This document shows, piece after piece, positions 28,670 to 41,868 of a stretch of DNA of 64,000 nt. The stretch lies in contig NMRA01000064.1 of the NCBI GenBank assembly GCA_002633005.1, positions 543,895 through 607,894 of the forward strand. Direction: 5' to 3'. This DNA is from Phoronis australis. Taxonomy: Eukaryota > Animalia > Phoronida. How positions within the stretch are numbered: the stretch's first letter is position 1; every line of letters starts with the position of its first letter. A model generated the notes under the pieces. It did no database searches. It worked only from the letters and a program-made list of their open reading frames with translations, and was not told the origin of the DNA. The translations under genes were made by a program, and so were the position numbers.

Positions 28670-31529
28670 GAAGTTGACAGAAGCTGCAATCTTTCTCATT
28701 GTAGAATTGCTTGTGAGCATTTGCTGAACTTCTCGGAAATAAACATGCCAACAGCTTAACTATTTTGTTATTTCCCATGTTTCTGAAGCCTAGTGCTCAC
28801 ATGGTAAGGTCTGCTGAGAAAGTTTATATTTACGGGGCCTCAGAAAATCTGTGAGCTAGACGTGTTTTCTGTGAAGAAATGGCGATCTATCAGTTCCCTG
28901 TACTGAAGTCCAGAAATCTTTCCAGGACCTGCTATGTTCTGAATGGGTGAATTTTCAAGACTCCCTAGCGTAACTATTCATTTTAAGTACAAATCAGTCG
29001 CAATTTCAAATAAGTTGATTCATGTTGGTTGTATGCCATTGCCCCAGGTGGCCATGAAGACGGCCAATCACCACGATCTTCATGACTAGAAGAGAATGCC
29101 CTTACCAATCAATTTATTGGTTTAGATGGTTAAAATTTGAAGTTGAACTGCGACAGCTAAACAGCAAAATGCAGCATTGTTGTGCAAAGCTCTTTGTGGT
29201 ACTTGTGTATGGAACGGTTGGAACATGAGGTATTGCACGAGTCGAAACCCAGCGGAATTCTTCAGTTATGGCTGTAATTCGTTAGTGTTCTGCATTCTAC
29301 ATTGAAAAATGACATTTTTTCTATTGAAACCAAAAGATTGATACTGTCTTACATTCCGTACTTCCGAAACAAAAAATGACCGTTTAAATTATCGATCCTG
29401 AGGAAACCATCACAAATTTTCCTCCACAAGTCTCGCACTTATCTGTTTTACCACAAATAAAATGTAATATAGCCTATGCTTAGAGCAAAATGTACACAAG
29501 TCAATCTTTCGAACTTTAATGAACGTTATGAAAGACGTTTGTTGTTAGACGCACAATTTTGTACTAAGTGGTTGAATCCTACGGTCATTGATAAATTTTG
29601 GACCAATCGAACTCGTCAACAGAAGTACGGTTTAAATTCCTGACGCACTTCTGCATGGCAATGTTCACATGCCTATTTGGGTTTCCACATTTTTGACAAA
29701 TGTCTTCCTAAAGTTCGAGCACTGAAGATAGTGCAGTAGACAGTAGAGTCGGAGTTGTTGGGAATTTTTGTTGTAGGTACCTATTCAGACTGGTAAAGGT
29801 ACCTAACCAGATTTGCGGGACTGGCTTCACAAGCCTGCAATGGTCCAAAAGCGTACCCTGTATACCGAATTTTATTTTTATTGATTGTAAACTCAGAATT
29901 GCTCCATCATCATTTAGTAAATCTGTTAGCGTTCTTAAACCTTTCTTAATACCTTTGTATTACACTGTCATCCTGTAGGCCTACAGGTGTAACGTAGGCG
30001 GTAGAGCTAATGTTTTAATTTCTACAATTTTCCCAAGTTGTGTCAAGGCCATACAACTCCAAATTTTTAATTTCTAAAATTTTTGGTTTAAGATTAATTG
30101 ATGAGATATGAAGATCATCATTAAATTGAATTCCTCGAACCTTGAATTCAGTTATTCAGTCTAAATCATTTTACGAAACCGTCTATCAGATTCTCTCATT
30201 GATCCTATACACATAACTTTTGTTTTATAAAAAATAATTTTTAACCGGACTTATATGAAACTTTCAGATACCATGCTTTATGCACTGTTATAAAAAATGG
30301 GCGTGAAAAGTATCATCGTATCGTGGGCCATTCAATCTTACGATCGTTTACATGAGCACAAAATGCGAGCGTAAAATCAAGAGCAAAAAATACCGGTATT
30401 ACCCTAAAATTTCTTCATAGTTCACATGACCTCAAACCAGTTTCTCGTTGTATATTACGATAAGTTGTCGGGAATGATTTTATTTGATTAGCACCTGTCA
30501 GCTGCAGGGTCTACTTGCAAGATGTTGTCAAGAGATGGGATGCTTTTAATTACTTGAGACATAAGGCCTAGCCTAGACATATAATATTAATTTGATATCT
30601 GGGCAATAATGTCATTTTTCGTATTCATCTATAGGCCTACTACCGTGTCTCCAGGACACGCATTTGAGGGTGTGTAATACTGAATAAGCAGCCGGTAAGA
30701 AGGCTGTGTGAGCCGGGTTACGAAATCTAGTTAAGTCTGGGAAAAATAATGCCGCGCGCGCGTGTGTGTACCTGCGTGCGTTGTACGTGTACGTGCGTGC
30801 GTGTGTGTTCTTTTTGAAAATGATTTGGAGAGAATTAAGTTACTGCTGAAATCTGCCACCAAAACGGGAATTATATTGTAGCGCATACCCCCACCGAGAT
30901 CGATTTCATATTTTTCAGTATTGTCAACGGATTTGCCAAGCTCCGTTCACACTCGGCCTAACCGAGAACAACTTGCGCAAATTGACTTGCCCCACTTGAA
31001 TAGAGCGGCCCCCCCCGCCACACACGTCTCAAAAACTAATCATCTCGATGTTCAACATCTTGGAATTTACTAAACACTGGAATCATCAAAATATCTACCA
31101 CAACACCTTGAAACGTCATGTCGACGGCCACTCTTTGACGGCAGTCGTGTGTGACTGGAGCGGGCCGGGGAACTCGGGCCCGCCGGTGGGGATTGTGCAA
31201 AAGCACCGGCAGAAAAATGCAACCACGCATTGTGCGTTAAAACACATCGGCGTTAGTGTATCAGTATTTCCGCGTATGTCACAAATCAGAACATTCCGAT
31301 GTTCTGGTGAGATGCCGTACGAAGCTTCAACAAGCGAGACAGTTGACAAACACAGAAGATGGGCCCAACCACAAACATCATTATTAAGATGTCCGTCTGG
31401 GCCTAGCTCATTGCGTTCATGGGTTCTGAAAATATTACTCAAGCTTGTGACAACAGATGTCGCACACTACTTGATTGTTGTTCGCGATAACGAGGCCCAT
31501 ATAGTTTATTGATGTCTGTCTAAGCAACA

Positions 31530-31639
31530 CGCTGTTTTGTTTGGTCTGTGCAAACTGAACACCTATCGACCGTGTTTGTGTTGCTGCATTATCATCATTT
31601 ATGGCATTGAGCTTACAAAATTTATTTAGGTAAATACTG
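31530..31639 (+). other. Probable non-coding first exon of the NCX gene
   Basis: Strong donor CTG|GTAAGT at 31639/31640, downstream of a CpG-richer stretch (about 30750-31500) with a GC box. The NCX ATG exon has an acceptor upstream of the ATG, so an upstream exon is required. Start is approximate. Confidence 0.4.
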
Positions 31640-34600
31640 GTAAGTTTCTTTTATATCCATGAACTACCGTGTCTTATAAACTAGGCTTGAGCGGCTCGTT
31701 CATAATTGACCTCAGACCAGTCCTCACACGAGTGATTGAGTTACATTCACGGTCGACTATCTAAGTATCTTATCCATAGATCATTGCCGTTGGCGTTGGC
31801 AATTGTCTGTCGATGTGACGGAGCTTTCTGTGCGTGATACTGTCTATTCGCCACTGGCTTCGTTTGACGTAACTGGGTAGGCTGAATTATGTGGTGTCAT
31901 GACAAGAGTCACGATCGCTAGCATGCCCATTATCCGCCGTGTAGTGCAACATTGTGGGTATTTGAGCAGACACGGCCAGTCTAAAGACTCAAGTTCTGGA
32001 CAACTTTTGTCTGTAACTGTATAAATCAGTGTCTCAGTGAAGAACAATGCATACTTTTGTCCTCTGCACTTCAAGATTTGTATTGTCATTTAGCATTGCT
32101 AGGCTGTTATAAGGCAAGCGGGTATGAATTGTTACTAACCTATAGTAATCCACTAGTACTGTATATACACTGTTGACGTTAGCTTAAATGCATAAAATTC
32201 TGTAGTTGTCGATTTCATGGATTTGTGCAATAGCTGGTTATATGCTATACTAGACTTAAATGAACTACCAGAATTGTAATTGCTGTTTTTCCTCCCCTTT
32301 TGAACTTCTGTTTACAGTCTGATTTTTGGCAGGATACTCGATATTGTTGGCGATTTTGGATTAGCAGGGCCTTGAAGCAAAAGATAGCTACTCAAAAACA
32401 ATGTTTACCGCCTACATGTGGGGTTGCATACAAGGACCTTTACTTCACAGATTTGTCTCAGATGTGACTTATTCTTGTGAGAATTAAACATTATCTTATA
32501 CTGCTGGGATATTCCTAGATTGTGCCTTTGCGCCATTAGCGAATAAATAATAAGGCGCAAACACATTGCAGTAGTGTGCTTTGCAGGTGCATCTTTTAAA
32601 ATGCAACACTCTTCAGCGAATGCAAGATTGAAGTCAACTTGCAGCCAGTCAGATAAAATATGACTCTGTTCTTATTTAGATTGCCTTTGGGGGTTTTTAA
32701 TTTCACTAAGTCTGCCTGTTACAACTTTTTGAAGAAAGGCACACTTTTTATCACCAGGTGCGCCCAAAGTGCACAGGTTCAAACCTGGTCTGGAACTGTA
32801 TAACTGTTTTCAAATAATTACCTTTTTCATTAGAAATTATGCGCATTACTTCCATGAGACAAATTTTCATTGAACTATGTTTTGTCTATGCAATTTTTGA
32901 TATTTGCCTCATTTTTTGCAGTTACATGAATGGAGCCTTGAGGAAATTTTTCAAAATCTGATTGTGCACAAATGTTGCTTTATTACACACCTCAAATTAT
33001 GGAAAATTATGGACTCAGAATTTTGCTAATTTCTTTTGGTTTCATTCAAAGTACAAGGTCCATGTTTCCATTATTGTGTGTGTTGAATAGGTTAAGAATT
33101 ATAATTGATTGCAGTAAATACAGCTCTTCCCAATATTACCCAGTTGAGGGAGTTGAAAGCAACTCTTACCATAGGCGTGCACCCATACAACTGTCTGCTA
33201 AAACTTACCATGCACAAAATACCCTTGCCACAAAACCTGACCTGAGCCACACTTAGGCACACTTACCAAGTGAACACATATAGGGCCCTCGATGCCTTGA
33301 TTTTGATCTGAGTATCTCCCCTATTGGTCCCTATAAAAATATTTAAAAGTCACTCAAAATTACGCTCATCAAACCCAAAAATTTCTTTCCAATTATTAAA
33401 AAGTTCTCTTCAAGGTCTGAATTAATCGCTTAGTTAGTTTTGGCTTCTTGATGCATTGCTGATGAGGGTAGGCATTCGGGCTACTGTGGGTATTTTCTCC
33501 GTAACCAAAATTCCCGGCAGAATGTACAAGGATCTTTTCCCTCAAGTGAGTGAGGGCCCTGACATAGAAACTGGGTTACCCTAAAATGTCTGTGGTAAAG
33601 CTGTCTATGGTAGAGTTCAGGATCCATGGAAAAGTTTGGTTGTGTATGATAAAAGTAACTGTAATGGTTTTTACACCCAGCTATTGGTGATATTTTGTTC
33701 CATGTTCAGCAACAATTCTGTGAATGCATAATGGCTTTTTGTTGAAATCTGATAACAATACAAAACCTGTCAAACAAGTTCTCATGAACTTAACAATGGA
33801 CTGCTACTCCAAATTTGTTTTGGTATACTATGCATATCTTAACTGTTGTACCTCAAGTAATCTATTGTTTGATGTGGCCAGCAAAATATATGCCTGAATT
33901 ATGATACATTAAAATTGAAATGATATTCAACAACTCGGACAAAGGTGGGAAATTGTTGCTCTCTACTTTAAATCTCACAGTGTTTCGAGAAAAGTGTTGG
34001 CTTTTGAAATTATTCAAAAATTAAAACACGCACTTTTAAGACAAATTTTGAGCTGAGCATGAAGTTCAAAATTAACAATTATTTAAAACAGTGTTTATGT
34101 TCCAATTAAATTATGCTTCACACATTTTAAAAATAAATTGGCTGTCAAGGCCAGAAGAAATATTTAGCCTAAACTTTTATGCATGTAGTAATTGGTTATC
34201 TGTTTGTGTGTTTAATACAGTAGTAGTTGGTTGGAGATACCAGGTCAGGTTTTTGGGTGGTGCTACTTTGAGATGAGGTGACTTATGTGGGCTGATGCAG
34301 TTATTTGACTCATTGAATTACCAAGCAACAGTGGTAGCTATCTCAGGAAGCTAGGCATTTTTAACTTGTTACCTACCAACATCTGTTGACAATCACTTGG
34401 ATAATGAGGCAGGTGTGAAATAAGTCTACAGGTGTGACAAATGTCTTAAGACGTAGACAATTGATCTGATTGGCGTCTGTTGATACACCAGCTTAAACAC
34501 TAACAATTGTCCTAAGTGCTGTATGATATGTTGAAGGAAATTTCCTTAGCATTTTCGATCTTATTATTTGGCTGCATGAAATTTCTCTCTATTTATGTTG

Positions 34601-37600
34601 TTTTGTCATTTGTTTGACTTATTATTTTGTCTGCTTTGTAAGCATACTACTGGTTGCATTTTTTGTCCAATGAACATGGCATTAATACGTGTATCTCGTT
34701 AAAAACTTGAGGCATATTATTTTTGGGTGAAATCAGACCACAGGTGGTGCTGTAATCGCCATTTTTCAAATTTTTATGTAGCGCTTGTTCTGCAGTCATT
34801 TGAGACACTCCCAAATCCGATATTTAGATCTGATCAACTGTTGTATGCAGTGTGTTATCAATTTTTTGCTACAACTTACTGTTCTTGAGCTTTTCAAGAT
34901 TTTCTGATGATTTCCCATTCATACATAGGATAGATCTCATCAAGTGCTGTTTGCACATTTCTCACTTTGGCTTAACCAATCACAAGTGTAGTTGAGATTT
35001 ACTGACCTGATGACTGTTCTGAAAATCGGTGTATTGACTGATTCTCAGTTGCGCTTTTGTTGGTCTATCGTACACATGCTATTGGTCGCATTTTTCATTT
35101 GATACAAAATATATCTTGTGAAAGGCTTGAGGCTTTTTGTTTTTGGAAAAGATCGGACGCTATCTTCCAGTGAATCACCTGAAATTTAATACATGGATAA
35201 GATAGATCTTGTCAAGGGCTATCTAGATAGTGACATCCGTTTCTCGATATGTCTAACCGTTCTTCATTCTATTGATAGATTTTTTGTGCCGTAACATCCA
35301 AGAAACTACTGTTCTCGTGGTCACTTTTGTACTCCCTGTTTCGCCAAGTGTCTCTCTGCCCCAGCTCTTTCATTGTCTTTTATTGACGAGTTAATTTGCT
35401 GCATCACACTGTGTTAACCAACTGTGTGTTTTTATCTTCTTCATGGGAATAGAACTACCGGTAGTTAAAAGTAAGCCAAACACTAGTTCGCGCCTGGCCT
35501 GGACTTTTATACCAAGGTTTACGTGGGTGTTGAAATGCTCATACATTTTCAGTGATATAAATGCTAGGGTTGTAGCCAAACATAGAGAATCCGTGAAGGG
35601 GTCATTTTTGCCAGCAGACAGTTTTTTACTTCACCACTCGCATGCATCGCTTTAAAAAAGCAATAAGTTGAATTATGCAACACAAATCACTCGGTTGTTA
35701 GATGTCCAACACGCCCTCACCCCGAAGTGCAAGTCACACACATTTACTGAACTAAATGGTCTCCCTTCTGTTCTTCTATTATCATCAGTTTGTTTTAGAA
35801 GTTCTTCAAGTGGAGTTTGTTGTGATTTCATTTTGTGAGCCGTGTACCACTAGAGTACTGAAAATACATGTAATTAGTTTTGTTTGGTTTGACAAAATTT
35901 GGTGTCGTGTTGAAAGTGCATCCTTAATGAATTTGTTTTAACAGTGATAAAGTATGACTAATTTAGAGTAGAATATGACCTTCAAGTGAAATTTTAGTTT
36001 TTCATTAAACATAAAAAGCATCAAATAAATGGTATAACATTTTTTAATATCATTACCATAAGCTTCGAGCAGACAGTAATTATGAGCAACTGCTCATGTT
36101 TGAAGACCTTGAAAAATAATTAAAAAAAACAATTTTGACAATTATTTTTTGTCCGAAATTGTTGAGATTTTATTGTAAATTGGTTTGTGCTCAAATTTGT
36201 TAAGTGAACTTTTTCTAAAACTGAGTTGATCTTGAATGTTTGCCATACTAAAGGGATTTTCCAGCTTTGGTCTGGTGAACAGTTCAGACCAGTCCAAGTA
36301 TTTGACACTGATGTACTAACACATCTATATATACGTGCTGATAATAAAGATATCAATGCTATGATATCATTCGAGTGACACCCATGTCGGTTATGTGGGT
36401 GGGTATAGTTTAGCCCTCTGATAAGCAATTTATTGATTTTTTATTGGCTGCTAGTCATGTCACATAATTTTTGGGCATTAATGAGATGTTATGGCCATGT
36501 ATTGTTTTAGAACGCATCCTGCAGAGCTTAGCAGTGAAGTGATACATGGAAGTGTCCTCAGTGTTTTGATACATCGTAATTATTATCAATATTCAGCCAA
36601 GGCAGTTCTTGTACTTTGATGGGTAAGTTGAGTGAATACTTAAGATAAAATCTCACCACTTCAAGACACTATTAGTGTTGACAAGTGAAATTCTATCATT
36701 CTTTCCACCCATCATTCACATGGAGCACCAAATTAAATGCTTTTCCATGTTCAGGTTTTGTACAACAGCTACCATCAGACAAAGGTTCGGTCATTCACAG
36801 CAATGTTTGGAGTCTGAGAAAAATAAAAAAGAACAATTTTGGAATTATGTTGATGTTGGTCAGAAATCATATTACATACATAATTTGAAAGTGCTTCTAG
36901 TGATATTCAGACAAATGTCGTTGGTGAGAACAAAATTTACCGTGGTAACGGAATGTTCATTGACAGCCAGACTCATCTACTGTGTATTGATGAGGGTAGG
37001 TGTCAGTTGATACTTGTTTCATTATTCAATAGGCAGTTATTGATAGATGTGTGTTTTTGTTATGCATTGGTGAGCTGTGCTGACTGGTGTGGTCTCTGTG
37101 CTTTCAAGGGTCTCAACAGAAATTTCGAAAAGCTGCTGTGAACAGTTTGGTATGTCTTCATTCTCTTTTGGTCAGAGCTGTTGAAGTTTCCCTGTACATC
37201 ACTGTGGACGTCCATTTCATGTCAACAGCATCTCAGTGAATGTGATGAAAATTAAGGTTTTAAAACTTACTCTTTGGTTGCGTTGAGCTTAACAGTTGGA
37301 AATTCAGTTTAGAAGCAGCTTCTATGAACAGTTTTGTACAAAAAGTAGTTTGCCTGCCTCGATGCATTTGTTTAGGTTTGTTTTTACCTTCTATGTCAGT
37401 TCCAGAATAGTTCACCTGTTTTACACATGAAAAACATTACCAGCTGGTAGTCTTGTACTAGAATGACAGGACCTTGCCTTTCTGAGGGTGCTTGAAAATA
37501 TGCCCAGTATAATCTGTTGGCATTGTTTGCAGAGAGAATTTTGACTTCTGTTTGTGTTAAGCATGACTGCTTTTCAAGGTGTGTTTTGAGCCTGAGGGGT

Positions 37601-37891
37601 ACAGAAGATTCCTAACCTTATACAAGTGGCACTAAAATTTACAAGCAGAGAAACTGAGTGTGCACATAGCAGCTAGATACTTGAGGGGTCAGCAAGTGTT
37701 TCTAATGAGAGAGGTAAATATTTAGTGTATGTAGCAAGTGAATGCATAGAGATTACTTATTCGTGGCTAAAAATGGGCATGTTATTACAGTTTCTTCTAT
37801 TTTCTGTCGCTGCTTGTAAACATTTTCTAGAGCTACACACTGTGATATTGTACTGGTAGTTTTAGTGGGGTTTTATACAACTTTCCCATTA

Positions 37892-38276
37892 GGGAACTTC
37901 GGTTTACGGAAGCTTGGCCGAAATTTCACTTTCCTTTCCGACTAGACAGTGATATTGAAGTTATCGCTAGATGGCGATTCAGTCATTTGAGTAGACACCA
38001 GACAGCTATTGTTCATTCGTACTCTCAAATGAATATTGAGTAGTGGGTTTGAGGATGAAAAGGGTTCTCTTGTCATTTACAAGTGTTAATGGAAACGATC
38101 TGTCTCATTCTTCATCAGATATTTTTTCTTTTATTTATTTACGTGCGTCTATTGAGAGCACGTCGTCTATGCTATATTAACAATTAAAAAACACATTTTG
38201 CGAGTCTCTCATAAATGTATCTCGTTGCTGCAACCTCTACCTGTAACTTTGACGAAACTTCACTTTGATCGTTCCC
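37892..38276. mobile_element. Dispersed repeat/MITE (GGGAAC...GTTCCC ends); second diverged copy at about 42788-43180
   Basis: Shared internal sequence CTAGACAGTGATATYGAAGTTAT...ATGGCGATTCAGTCAT...GAGTARACACCAGA...AATATTGAG in both places. Confidence 0.6.
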
Positions 38277-38935
38277 ATTACACCAAAGTTTTGGTCAGTA
38301 CTGAAGCTCCGCTTTTAAAGCCTAACAACTTAGTGAAGTTTCTCTTGCATTTTAATTATGGGAGTTAATCTTTCCACTTGGTAAAAGTGTATATTTTCTG
38401 AAAGAAGAAAGCATGTAGAATTGGGCTTTTGACTTTTTACTGCTTTTCCCATTATTTGGGTCATATGACCATGTCTTTTTAGTTAAATTTACCAAGAAAG
38501 AAAGGTGCATTGATAGCAATGGTATGTATAACATGACAGAATTTTGTGAATTTATGTTCTTGTGAAATCTCAAACACTCTTACATTGTCATTTCGTTTTT
38601 GTTTTATACAGCTTTAATTTGAGTTTTCATGAAAACCATTTAGTTTTGGAGAAGAGTGCATAAAACACAGAATCCGAAAGCTTTGTATGAATCCAATGAA
38701 CCATTTCTGTAATAATGTTTGGAAGTTAGTCAAGTTTCCACATGCTTCCAGGTAACCTACTTAACCTTATGGTGAATGTTGTGGATAGATTGCCTAACAA
38801 CTCCATTGCCTCCAGCTAAATCCAAAGCAGAGAGTAATTAGTAAACCAGATGTGTTCTCATGAGCCAGCCCTGAGGCAAGCCTACGACATATTAGTTATG
38901 TACTGTGTATATACACAATTTTGCTTTAGACTATC

Positions 38936-39117
38936 CCTTCCTCCCAGGCCGTCCCCTCCTCCCAGGCCGTCCCCTCCTCCCAGGCCGTCCCCTCCTCCCA
39001 GGCCATCCAGTCCTCCCAGACCGTCCCCTCCTCCCAGGCCGTCCNTCCCTCCTCCCAGACCGTCCCATCCTCCCAGGCCGTCCCCTCCTCCCAGGCCGTC
39101 CCCTACCCCTCCCAGAC
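38936..39117. repeat. 18-bp GC-rich tandem repeat (CCTCCTCCCAGGCCGTCC)n containing an N at 39046
   Basis: Direct periodicity. It explains the spurious PPPRPS and GGGDGL ORFs. Confidence 0.95.
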
Positions 39118-41039
39118 AAATTGCCATTGGCAGTCAACGTAACCTACTTCATGGAGTTCTTGAGAACGTAACTAGTTTTACAGTAAAATATGCATCTCAA
39201 TTTGGTTTAATTGGTTGCCGATGACTTGGTTACAAGCGGTTTTTGTCAAAGATTATCATACATTTTATTTACGATTATCTTACGGTATTTATTCAGGTGA
39301 GAAGTCCCTGGATCTTGTCATAACAAATATCTCTCCTTGGGTGTGGACTACAGACATGTCTTCCAAGTCTAGATATCAGTCTAGTCCATTGTTAATCATT
39401 CTCTCAGTCTTATTTATGGGATCATGACTGGCGTGTCGATTATCTTCCTGACTTTAAGGTGTTTTTTGTCTTGTTTTGTTAGTGCTGGTGATATCGAGAG
39501 TTGATTACACACAGTTTTTGTGCAAACGATGACCAAGTACAAGGAGTTTGAAATGCACAAAAATTTTCTTGAGTTGGTGTTCTGTCGTCCTATTTTTTCA
39601 GTAGCCTCTTTGAGAGTGATCAATACCCAGACAGTGGGAAGCATTTCCACCAGGAAATACTTTTGCATTAATACTAGTAGATATTACATGCACTACTGGG
39701 GTGTCTTTATAACCAATCATATCAGCCCAGTCTCCTTCAGTAAATGATAACATTATTGTATACCCAGTAGCTCAATTTTCCATAAGGCTGTCTGTCCAGT
39801 GGTTTATTGTGCATATTTGCTGTAAAATCCTCAGTAGCTGATTAGGAAGTTACTGTTGCAACCGTTTAAGTCCAGAATGTGATCCTTGCCGGTCAGTTAT
39901 TCTTCATTCTCAAAATCATTGTAAAATTGATCTTATTCATGCTGTTCTGTTTTGTTTGTCATCCAGGGTAGTTTTGCGGCTGTCAAACTACACCGCTTGT
40001 TGTATTATACTTTACACAAACTACATAAAGAAGTAAAAATGAGAAACAATAACATATAAATAAGACAGATAAAATGATAAGACATGCATGGTAAACATTT
40101 TCTGACAAAATAGTTATCAATATTGACCTTGCCTCAATATTCTAAGACTTCTTCAAACATTGTGGCACAGAGTTTGAACTTCCATGGCATTGTTTTGATG
40201 TTACATGTCTCATTGAAAAAAATGAAAAATACAGTTTCGCTTGTCTGCCATATTGTGTCCTAAATTTGTAAGATTTTACCGTACATGTGAAAAATAGAAT
40301 CTGTGCAACCATGATCATACCAGAAAGAGATACACTTAAGTTCTTTGTGGTCCCTAAAAACTTATAAAACAAAATGAAAAGATGGACAAGAAAATACTAA
40401 TACAGCGAATAAAATTAAAAAAATGAAGTATGCAGCCATGATCAGAAAAGGCAGGACTAAATAAATAATAACATTGCATAAGTGAATAAAAATGCTGTTT
40501 GAGAAAAAGTTTAAAATTTGAAATGGCTTTTAAGAAGTCCGGTGTAGTATCAGGGTAATTAATGGCAGTGTATTCAAAAATCGTTTCTCCAAAAGAGATC
40601 AGAGGAGGAGTCATGAGACATCTTGAACTTCTGGGTGGGCAATAAAAATGTACATCTCGTGTGCTGAATATTATTCAAATAATGAGGACTACAGTAGCAT
40701 GAGTAATAATAATCATGTGAGTAAGAGCTGTTCCACAATTGGGAGGAATCCAACCTCTGTAAACTAGGCTCTGCTTAAGTGAGAGTGAATAGTTTTATTT
40801 TGATTTGCAATCTCTTTGGATGCCATGCCTAAATGTCAGAATACCAATCTGCTGCTGTATAATCACAAGTGCTGGAAAATTAAGGCATTGACAAGACCTT
40901 CTTTGGTCTCAGGACTCAAGATTTGTTTGTTTGCATAAGCATTTAGATAATCATTAATTGTAGAAATGGCTATGTCAGTGATAGCTTGACCACTTAAAAT
41001 ATAGTATGGGGATACACCCATGGTATTTCACCTCAGGTT

Positions 41040-41580
41040 TGCCATTGTGGGACACATTTAGATAGAGGTTGTTTAGTTGGTGTTTTGGAACCAAACAAAA
41101 ATGCCTCTGTTTTGACGAGATGCAACAAAGTTGGTTCCCATTTAGGACAGTTGGTAAAATAGTGTTTAATAGTGGTAGAGCAGAATCCTGAGCAAATAAC
41201 AAAAGCTTGCGATGAATGCAGTCAGTGACAGAAGTCCTGCTGCAGCAGTTTTCTTCAATGACTGATTTGGATCAAACTAGTTCTGAAAATCTGGGACCCC
41301 TGTTAATGACTACTGCCCAAGTTACAGCAGATGACACATCATTAATGTAAGACATAACAAGGGTCTTAGAACAGACCCCTGGGGAAACCCCCACGCATGT
41401 TGCTAAATAATTTATGCATGTTGATAGGGTGATATTCGTTGATATTTAGAATTTGGGAGTATTACAGGGATGTGACAGAACCACTTAATAGCAACAGGGG
41501 TGCACCCAATTGCTGGAAGCTTATCTTTGAGAATACCTGGTGATTGATGGTATCAAATGCTTTCTGAAAGTCATTCAACT
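41040..41580 (-). mobile_element. Decayed LINE (CR1/L2-like) reverse transcriptase fragment
   Basis: Minus-strand motifs DFQKAFDTI (about 41546-41572), GFPQGSVLRPL (about 41360-41392) and LFAQDS (FADD equivalent) in the correct order. Confidence 0.75.
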
Positions 41581-41617
41581 CAAATTTTCTTTGTCCTGTT
41601 GTTTGATAAAATCAAAT

Positions 41618-41868
41618 AACGTAGAAAATATATCTGAAACTAAATAAGGCGATCCAGATCCTCCCAAGGATACTATTGTTTCGTGAAATGAAGAATATAA
41701 ATCGGTAAATAAAACAACAAGAATGGATCAACTGAAATTTGAAATTTTCGGAGGTAACAACTTCCTTTATCAACTTTATTTCTGTTTTTGTTGATAAAGG
41801 AAGTTGTTACCTCCGAAAATTTCAAATTTCAGTTGATCCATTCTTGTTGTTTTATTTACCGATTTATA
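41618..41868 (-). mobile_element. Penelope-like retroelement fragment with inverted duplication; further copies at 51070-51256 (+) and 53407-53541 (-)
   Basis: Three near-identical copies share one fixed end (...TTTTCTACGTT), have copy-specific fold-backs at the other end, and are flanked by 11-12-bp target duplications. Confidence 0.7.

Noticed and set aside
31036-31512. 154-aa and overlapping ORFs in the GC-richer region
   Set aside because: No recognisable domain or splice pattern; better explained as stop-poor promoter sequence of the NCX gene.
38850-39224. Proline-rich and glycine-rich ORFs on both strands
   Set aside because: They are translations of an 18-bp tandem repeat inside an intron, with no splice support.
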